Assembly (NCBI GenBank): GCA_963767005.1
Contig: CAVYCN010000002.1
Coordinates: forward strand, 608,001-672,000
Origin: an uncultured Actinomycetes bacterium
Lineage (GTDB): Bacteria; Actinomycetota; Thermoleophilia; UBA2241
Direction of reading: 5' to 3'
DNA length: 64,000 nucleotides
Position numbers and translations under genes: made by a program. The stretch's first letter is position 1. Every line of letters begins with the position of its first letter. The notes beneath the pieces are model-generated. The model worked only from the letters and a program-made list of their open reading frames with translations, did not search any database and was not told the origin of the DNA. Shown in pieces: positions 56,947 through 64,000 of this stretch.

Positions 56947-58415
56947 GCCTTCTCCTTGTGCACATTCCCTCCGACCGGCGCACTCGCGTCGGCGGCGGCG
57001 GCCCTGGCCCGCAGGCTGGCGAGCTCGCGCTCGACGTCGTCGTCCAGCGGCAGCGGGCGGTGGCTGGCGAGCAGCTCGGTCGCCCGGCCGGCGGCCTCGT
57101 CGGCCACGTCGGGCCGTCCGGCGGCGAGCCAACGCTCCGGGCTGTCGTGAAAGCCGAGGCCCGGCAGGTAGAAGTCGCCGCCGCGCACGGCGGCGCGTGT
57201 CGATGGTTCGCGCAGAAAGTGCGCGCCGGGGCCGCCGCGCTCGAGCACATCGGCGAGCCAGCGGTCGTCGCTCGTCGGGATGCCCTCGCGAGCGTGCGCG
57301 CACATGCGGAAGATCTCGGCGTCGACGAGCAGCTCGGCAAGGCTCAGCACCGTCGCCCCGCCCAGGCAGCCGGGGCCCACCATCAGGTCGGGCCAGGAGA
57401 GCGTGCCGTACAGGGCGCTGAAGGCCTTCTCGCAGGCCGCCTGAGGGCCGGGCGCGAAGGCGTCGGTGCCGGCTGCCGAGCCCATCACCGGCAGGCCATA
57501 GAAGCGCGCCATCTCCACGCCGGCGACGCCGATCGCCGCGTGCGCGGTCGTGCCCGCGTAGCGGCCGCTCCGCGGGTCCATCGTCAGGGCGATCGGCGCG
57601 TACACGAACGGCGTGCCGGGCTCGGCCGCCTGCACGAGACACAGGGCGCCGATCGTCTCGCAGTTGGCGAGCAGCGTGGTGGCGAGCAAGCTGGCCGGCG
57701 CGGTCGTGCCCATCATCGGCATGGGCAGCACCGCCACCGGGATGTCCCAGCCGCGCAGGGCGAGCCAGCTGTCGGTACAGGGCGCGTCGATCACGAGCGG
57801 CGAGACCGGGGTGAGCAGGAATGAGAAGGGGTGGCTGTGACGCACCTCGCCGCGGCCGAAGACGACGTCGAGCGCCTCGAGCACCCAGGGCGAGAGCGCT
57901 GGGTCGAGCCAGGAGTCCTGCACGTGCTTCGAGAAGCTACGGTGCAGCTCGATGGTGTAGTCGACGAGGCCGGCCCGAGGGCCGCCGCCGGAACGCACGC
58001 CCTCGACCATCGCCCAGTAGACGCCGACCTCGTCGAGCGCGTCGAGCAGACGGGTGGCCGCGAGCCAGTCGCCGTGCGTCGCCGGCCGCGGCTCGGCCGC
58101 GGCGCCGTCGAGGACCTTCACGGCCTCGCCGTCGGCGACCAGCGTCATCTGCCCGGCGCCCAGGGGAAAGCTCCACCCCGGCCGCCGACCCCCCAGGTCG
58201 AAGCGCCGGGGGGCGAGACGCAGGGCCTCCTCGACGAGCGCCGGCGGGAACCGCACGACGCCGGTAGCGGGATCGACGCGTGCTCCGGCGCCGGCCAGGA
58301 TGCGGCGACCCTCCGCGGAGTCGACCCGCATGCCGGTCTCGGCCAGCACCCGCAGGGTGCGCTCGTGGACCTGGGCCCGCTCGGTGGGCGACAGGACGTC
58401 GAGGCACGCCTTCAC
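56943..58415 (-). CDS. MttB-superfamily (trimethylamine methyltransferase-like) protein, non-pyrrolysine
   Basis: VHERTLRVLAETGM, VRFPPALVEEAL, PVSPL, MGTTAPAS, GPGAHFL; no in-frame TAG. Confidence 0.9.
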   Translation of the reverse strand: MKACLDVLSPTERAQVHERTLRVLAETGMRVDSAEGRRILAGAGARVDPATGVVRFPPALVEEALRLAPRRFDLGGRRPGWSFPLGAGQMTLVADGEAVKVLDGAAAEPRPATHGDWLAATRLLDALDEVGVYWAMVEGVRSGGGPRAGLVDYTIELHRSFSKHVQDSWLDPALSPWVLEALDVVFGRGEVRHSHPFSFLLTPVSPLVIDAPCTDSWLALRGWDIPVAVLPMPMMGTTAPASLLATTLLANCETIGALCLVQAAEPGTPFVYAPIALTMDPRSGRYAGTTAHAAIGVAGVEMARFYGLPVMGSAAGTDAFAPGPQAACEKAFSALYGTLSWPDLMVGPGCLGGATVLSLAELLVDAEIFRMCAHAREGIPTSDDRWLADVLERGGPGAHFLREPSTRAAVRGGDFYLPGLGFHDSPERWLAAGRPDVADEAAGRATELLASHRPLPLDDDVERELASLRARAAAADASAPVGGNVHKEKA

Positions 58416-58498
58416 GAACGACCCGATCCTGAGCTCGACACGGCCCCCTCACCTTCGCCGTGCCCCGAGGCTGTGGGGAGCAACGGCTCGACCGGACC

Positions 58499-58588
58499 AT
58501 TCTAGGAACGCGTCGGCGGGCAGACGAGCCCCGATCACTCGACGAGAATGTGCACCTTCGCTGGACGGAGTGTGGACAAAGTTGACAG
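58499..58588 (-). promoter_or_regulatory. mttB-1 promoter with conserved upstream boxes
   Basis: TAGAAT on the minus strand (58504-58499); two boxes shared with 61336-61426. Confidence 0.65.
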
Positions 58589-58618
58589 ATGCGCACGGCA
58601 CCGGTCATATAGAGGGCG

Positions 58619-59734
58619 ATGTACCTGAGCACACAGGCAGCGGCGCGGCGCCTCGGCGTGGCACCCCACACGCTGCGACGCTGGGCGGCGTCGGGCATCA
58701 TCCCTTGCGTGCGCACCGCCGGAGGCCACCGCCGCTTTCGTCAGGAAGACGTCGACGAGCTCCAGCGCCAGTCCCGCCACACGGGGGTCCGCGAGGCCAC
58801 GGTCGCCCGCGAACGGGAGCTCGACACGCTGCTCGACGTCCTGGTCACGCTCACCGGCCAGCTCGAGCTGACCGAGCTGCTGGCCGACATCGCCTGCCAG
58901 GCCACCCGCCTGCTCGACTGCCAGGCCTGTGTGATCTCGGCCTTCGATGAGGCGAGCGGCATGGTGCGGCCGCTCGCCGAGTTCGACCGCGCCGGCCAGC
59001 GCCTGCCCGACTTTCCGCCCTACACGATCGACGACGAACCCACGATCCGCGGCGTGCTGCGGCGTCGCGAGCCGGCCGTGCTGACCGCGAGCGACCGCTC
59101 GGCCGACCCGGCCGAGACGAGCGAGCTGCGCAGGTGGAACATCAGGACGGTGCTCCTCATGCCGCTCGCCAACCGGGACGGCGCGATCGGCCTGCTCGAG
59201 GCGATCGACCGCGAGCGCGAGCGCCGCTTCTCGCGTCAGGAGATGCGCATCGCGCGGGCGATCGCGGCGAGCGCGTCGGTCGCGCTGCACAGCGCCCAGC
59301 TGTTCGCCCGGCAGCAGCTCACCGACGCCGACGCGCTGCGGTTCGAGACGGCCGTCGAGCGCACCACCGCCCGGCTGGGCGACCTGTGCGGCGCGGCGTC
59401 GGGCGACGACGCCCTGCGCGCCGCGGCCGCCGTCGTCTGCGAGGCGTTCGACGCGCCGTCGGCGGTCGCCCGCTGGGACGACCGCGCCCAGCTCGCCGGC
59501 GGCGAGCTGGGCGCGGGCCCCGCCGGAGCGGGACGACCGCGACGGACCGCCGCCGGCACGGATCCCGGCCCGAGCAGCGTGCTGGCCTGCCGGATGCCGT
59601 GCGGCGACGGCTTCGTCGACCTCAGCGCGACGCTGCACGACCCGCCCGGCCCCGGTCTGACCGGGCTCGCCCGGATGATCGCCGCGCTCGCCGCCTGGCG
59701 GATCGGCGACCTGCCGGTCGACCGCGCTCCGTAG
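58619..59734 (+). CDS. MerR/excisionase-type HTH + GAF domain regulator
   Basis: YLSTQAAARRLGVAPHTLRRWA...RTAGGHRRF; GAF motif VLLMPL...IGLL...FSRQE. Confidence 0.85.
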   Translation: MYLSTQAAARRLGVAPHTLRRWAASGIIPCVRTAGGHRRFRQEDVDELQRQSRHTGVREATVARERELDTLLDVLVTLTGQLELTELLADIACQATRLLDCQACVISAFDEASGMVRPLAEFDRAGQRLPDFPPYTIDDEPTIRGVLRRREPAVLTASDRSADPAETSELRRWNIRTVLLMPLANRDGAIGLLEAIDRERERRFSRQEMRIARAIAASASVALHSAQLFARQQLTDADALRFETAVERTTARLGDLCGAASGDDALRAAAAVVCEAFDAPSAVARWDDRAQLAGGELGAGPAGAGRPRRTAAGTDPGPSSVLACRMPCGDGFVDLSATLHDPPGPGLTGLARMIAALAAWRIGDLPVDRAP

Positions 59735-59791
59735 CGCCCGCCGAGAGGCGCGGGCCGCCCGACGAGGGCGGGTCGCACGACGGCCGGGCTG

Positions 59792-61225
59792 CTACGCGCC
59801 GTCTGCCTCGAGCGCCCGGGCGCGCAGCGCCGCCAGGGCGCGCTCCACGTCGTCGGGCAGCGGCAGCGGCTCGTGCGCGGCGAGCAGCGCGGCGACGCGC
59901 TCGTGACACTCGTCTTCGAGCGACGGGCGCCCGGCGGCCAGCCAGGCATCCAGCCCCGCGTGCCAGCCGAGCCGCGGCGCGAACCACGTGCCGTCACGCA
60001 CGGCAGTGCGGGTCGTCCGCTCGCCGAGGAAGCTGCCGCCCGGCCCCACTCGGGCAAGCACGTCGTCGAGCCAGAGGTCGCCGGCGACCGGGATGCCGCG
60101 ACTGGCGTACTCGCTCATGCGGAAGATCTCGACGTCGATCAGCACCTGGCGAGGGTCGAACACGAGAGCGCCGGCCAGGCTGCCCGGCCCCAGCAGCAGG
60201 TCGGGACGGGCGAGGCTGCCGACAAGCGATCCCGGCGTCTTCTCGTAGGCGGCCTGGGCACCACCCACGGCGTCGCAGCCGCTGCCGGAGCCCATCACCG
60301 GCAGGCCGTAGAAGCGCGCCATCTCGGTGCAGGCGGCGCTCAGCATCGGGTGGAAGGTGTTGCTCGTGTAGCGCCCGCTGCGCGGGTCCATGGCCACCGG
60401 CAAAGGGGCGGCGATGAAGGGTGCCCCCGGCTCGGCGGCCTGCACCAGGCAGAGCACGCCCAGGGTCTCGCAGGTGGCCAGCAGCGTGGTGGCGAGCAGG
60501 CTGGCCGGCGCGGTCGTGCCCATCATCGGCATGGGCAGCACCGCCACCGGGATGTCCCAGCCGCGCAGGCCGAGCCAGCTGTCGGTACACGCTTGCTCGA
60601 TGATCAGCGGCGAGACCGGCGTGAGCAGGAACGAGTAGGGATGGTCGCGGCGCACCCGGTCGCGCCCGAAGACGACGTCGAGGACCTCGAGCAGCCAGGG
60701 CGAGAGCGCCGGGGCGAGCCAGGAGTCCTGGACGTGCTTCGAGAAGGTCGCCTGCAGCCGGGCGTTGTAGGCGACCCAGTCGGCCAGCGGGTGCGGGCTG
60801 GGCGGGCTGGCCTCCACGGTCGCCCAGTAGACGCCGATCTCGTCGATCGTGTCGATCAGCCGCGTCGCCTGCAGCCAGTCGTCGGAGGTGCTCGGACGCA
60901 GCTCGCCGCTCGCGCCGTCGACCACGTGCGTCGCCTCGCCGGACATCACCAGGGTGGCCTCGCCGCGGTTCATGACGGTCCGCCAGCCGGGACGCCGGGC
61001 GCCCAGTGAGAAGTCCTTGGGCGCCAGGCGCAGCGACTCCTCGATCAGCGCCGCCGGGAACCGGACCATGTGCGTGTCCTGGTCGACCAGCGCGCCGGCC
61101 TGCGCCAGCAGCTCGCGCGCGAGCGCCGAATCGACGCGCATGCCGACCGCCGCGAGCACGTGGAGCGCGCGCTCGTGGAGCGCGCCCCGCTCGGTGTGGC
61201 TCAGGACCTGCAGGTGAGCCTTCAT
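59792..61225 (-). CDS. Second MttB-superfamily methyltransferase, non-pyrrolysine
   Basis: Paralogue of 56943-58415 (shared FSKHVQDSWL and LRGWDIPVAVLPMPMMGTTAPASLLATTL). Confidence 0.9.
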   Translation of the reverse strand: MKAHLQVLSHTERGALHERALHVLAAVGMRVDSALARELLAQAGALVDQDTHMVRFPAALIEESLRLAPKDFSLGARRPGWRTVMNRGEATLVMSGEATHVVDGASGELRPSTSDDWLQATRLIDTIDEIGVYWATVEASPPSPHPLADWVAYNARLQATFSKHVQDSWLAPALSPWLLEVLDVVFGRDRVRRDHPYSFLLTPVSPLIIEQACTDSWLGLRGWDIPVAVLPMPMMGTTAPASLLATTLLATCETLGVLCLVQAAEPGAPFIAAPLPVAMDPRSGRYTSNTFHPMLSAACTEMARFYGLPVMGSGSGCDAVGGAQAAYEKTPGSLVGSLARPDLLLGPGSLAGALVFDPRQVLIDVEIFRMSEYASRGIPVAGDLWLDDVLARVGPGGSFLGERTTRTAVRDGTWFAPRLGWHAGLDAWLAAGRPSLEDECHERVAALLAAHEPLPLPDDVERALAALRARALEADGA

Positions 61226-61335
61226 GCCGGGCTCGCCTTCGCGCCGCGGCGCAGGCCAGTGTGGACGTCGATCACGCCTCGTCACCTCCTGGTCGTCGAG
61301 GCAGGCCCGGCCGGGCGACGGCCCGGCTGCTGCTC

Positions 61336-61426
61336 ATTGTAGAAACGCCCCGTCACGCGCGGCGAGCCCCGATCACTCCACGAGGGTGCTCAGTCCTTGC
61401 TGGCAGAAAGTGGACGAAGTTGACAG
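61336..61426 (-). promoter_or_regulatory. mttB-2 promoter with the same conserved boxes
   Basis: TACAAT on the minus strand (61341-61336); CGAGCCCCGATCACTCCACGAG and GTGGACGAAGTTGACAG. Confidence 0.65.
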
Positions 61427-61824
61427 CAGCGGCCTGCGCGGAGCGTCGCCAGCTCGATCCGCCCCGTCTCTTCGACCGTCACCGCGGACCCGCCGCCACG
61501 CCCGGTCCTCAGGCCCCGACCTTACAGGAAGGACGCCGCCGGACATTGGATCTACGTTGACGGTTCGAGCAACGTGCTTGAGACTGACAGGAGCCTTCTC
61601 GCCCTGCTCGATGATGAGGCCGTGACCTCAGAGGGTGCCCTATCCGACGACTGAGCTTCATACCGTGCGTAGATCCCGGCTCGCCGGCCAGGCTGCGTAG
61701 GCTGCGCCACCTTTGACCGGCGTCCGGCAGGTCCTCAAGAGGTCGGATACGCTGGTGCGGCTCGTGCGAGTCGCCCGCCCCATCCAGGGCCGGCTCACCG
61801 CTTCCAGGCGCATCAGCAGACTAC

Positions 61825-62400
61825 ATGGCGAGCAGCGGAGTACGCCGTCTGCAGCTGGGCGCGGAGGGCGCACCGCTGCCCGGCTGGCTCTGCGTCGACC
61901 ATCGCGTGGATCGCGGCCCGCTGGCCTACCTCGATGCGAGAAAGCCCTTTCCGTTCGGCGACGCCGTGTTCGACTGCATCTACAGCGAGCACTTCCTCGA
62001 GCACTTCACCTGGGCCGACGGCGCCCGGCTGCTCGCGGAGTGCCGGCGCACCCTCAGGCCGGGAGGGACGCTCCGGGTCACGACCCCCGACCTCGCGGCG
62101 CTCATCGGCCTCTACGGCGACGCCGACGATCCCGACAAGCAGCGCTACGTCGTCTGGCAGACCGACAAGCTCGACGACGCCGCGTTGCGCAGACCCCAGT
62201 TCGCCATCAACCTCGCCTTCTACGGCTACGGCCACCGCTTTCTCTACGACGGCGATGCCCTCGAGCTGGCACTGGACAGAGCCGGGTTCGCGGAGATCGA
62301 GCGGCTGCGCTGCGGCGAGTCTCGCGAACCGCACTTGCGGGACATCGACTCGCATACCACCTTCGTCACGATGGTCTACGAGGCGCGGCGGCCGGGGTAG
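61825..62400 (+). CDS. Class I SAM-dependent methyltransferase
   Basis: LQLGA, PFPFGDAVFDCIYSEHFLEH, LRPGGTLRVTTPDL; the N-terminus may continue from 61713 across a frameshift. Confidence 0.85.
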   Translation: MASSGVRRLQLGAEGAPLPGWLCVDHRVDRGPLAYLDARKPFPFGDAVFDCIYSEHFLEHFTWADGARLLAECRRTLRPGGTLRVTTPDLAALIGLYGDADDPDKQRYVVWQTDKLDDAALRRPQFAINLAFYGYGHRFLYDGDALELALDRAGFAEIERLRCGESREPHLRDIDSHTTFVTMVYEARRPG

Positions 62401-62587
62401 GCGTCGGCGGGTGCAGCCAGAAAAGTGACCATGCGCAGGCGTTTATCAGTCTGATTGGGTCGTTAGCGGCGTATGAATGAGGAGCTCTTCACGGAGCGGA
62501 GCATCGCTTCGCGCTCGGCTTGACGCAGTGTCCCGCAAATGGCACTGCGCCGGATGCTCACCGCACGGCGACGTGGTCACTCAGGCC

Positions 62588-63634
<1,047 letters not shown>

Positions 63635-64000
63635 GCGCTACTCCTTTCGGTCCCTGGGTGGCTCATGCTACATGGCGCCGCAGGTGTCGCCAAGCCGCGA
63701 GGGAGGGTCTGGCTGGAGGATCAGCCAGCCACAGCAACAGTCCGCAGCACGTCCACCATCTGCGAGATGCGCAGCTGGCCGACGGCGCTCAAGAGCATCA
63801 CGGCGCGGTCAAGGAGAACCACCGAACAGTAGCGCGACTCCTACCAGAGACGGCCCGGAGACTATCATGGGAGCGACTCGATGAACGGAGTCTGATCGCC
63901 ACTACGACACCGCCAGTCACGTGGAGAGCGGCGGCTCGTTCCTGGCCGAGCCCAGCCCGACGTCCAGCACGGAGGCCCATGCCGATCGAGAACCTGGCCT

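Noticed and set aside
56943-61225. Pyrrolysine recoding in the mttB genes
   Set aside because: Both ORFs are open with no in-frame TAG, and no pyl genes are present

Overview
High-GC bacterial DNA, probably from an actinomycete (inferred from the GC content, leaderless promoters and gene content). It holds mostly metabolic and transport genes: a KDG/LacI cluster, glyA, a GcvT-family dehydrogenase, purH, tkt, zwf, two MttB-family methyltransferases and mreB. The main feature is an apparently intact, recently integrated 14,456-bp casposon, a Cas1-dependent self-synthesizing transposon (31892..46347). It has 381-bp terminal inverted repeats with one mismatch and a perfect 14-bp target-site duplication (GTCAACAGGAGCCC). 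It encodes a solo Cas1 with a Zn-finger/HTH tail, a family B DNA polymerase, an HNH protein and two HTH proteins, with no cas2 and no CRISPR array. Its cargo is three BNR/YCF48-like lipoproteins, a YcxB-like protein and two nucleases; four of these genes are outward-facing units, each followed by a degenerate repeat related to the inner end of the TIR. Other observations: the insertion site overlaps a -35 promoter box rather than a tRNA gene; two unannotated small hydrophobic peptides ending in KW lie next to the element; several genes appear to start at ATC, ACG or CTC; there is a Fic-nucleotidyltransferase fusion, a duplicated mttB promoter and a dispersed 59-bp CTAG-containing repeat. All assignments come from reading motifs by eye; no database searches were run.
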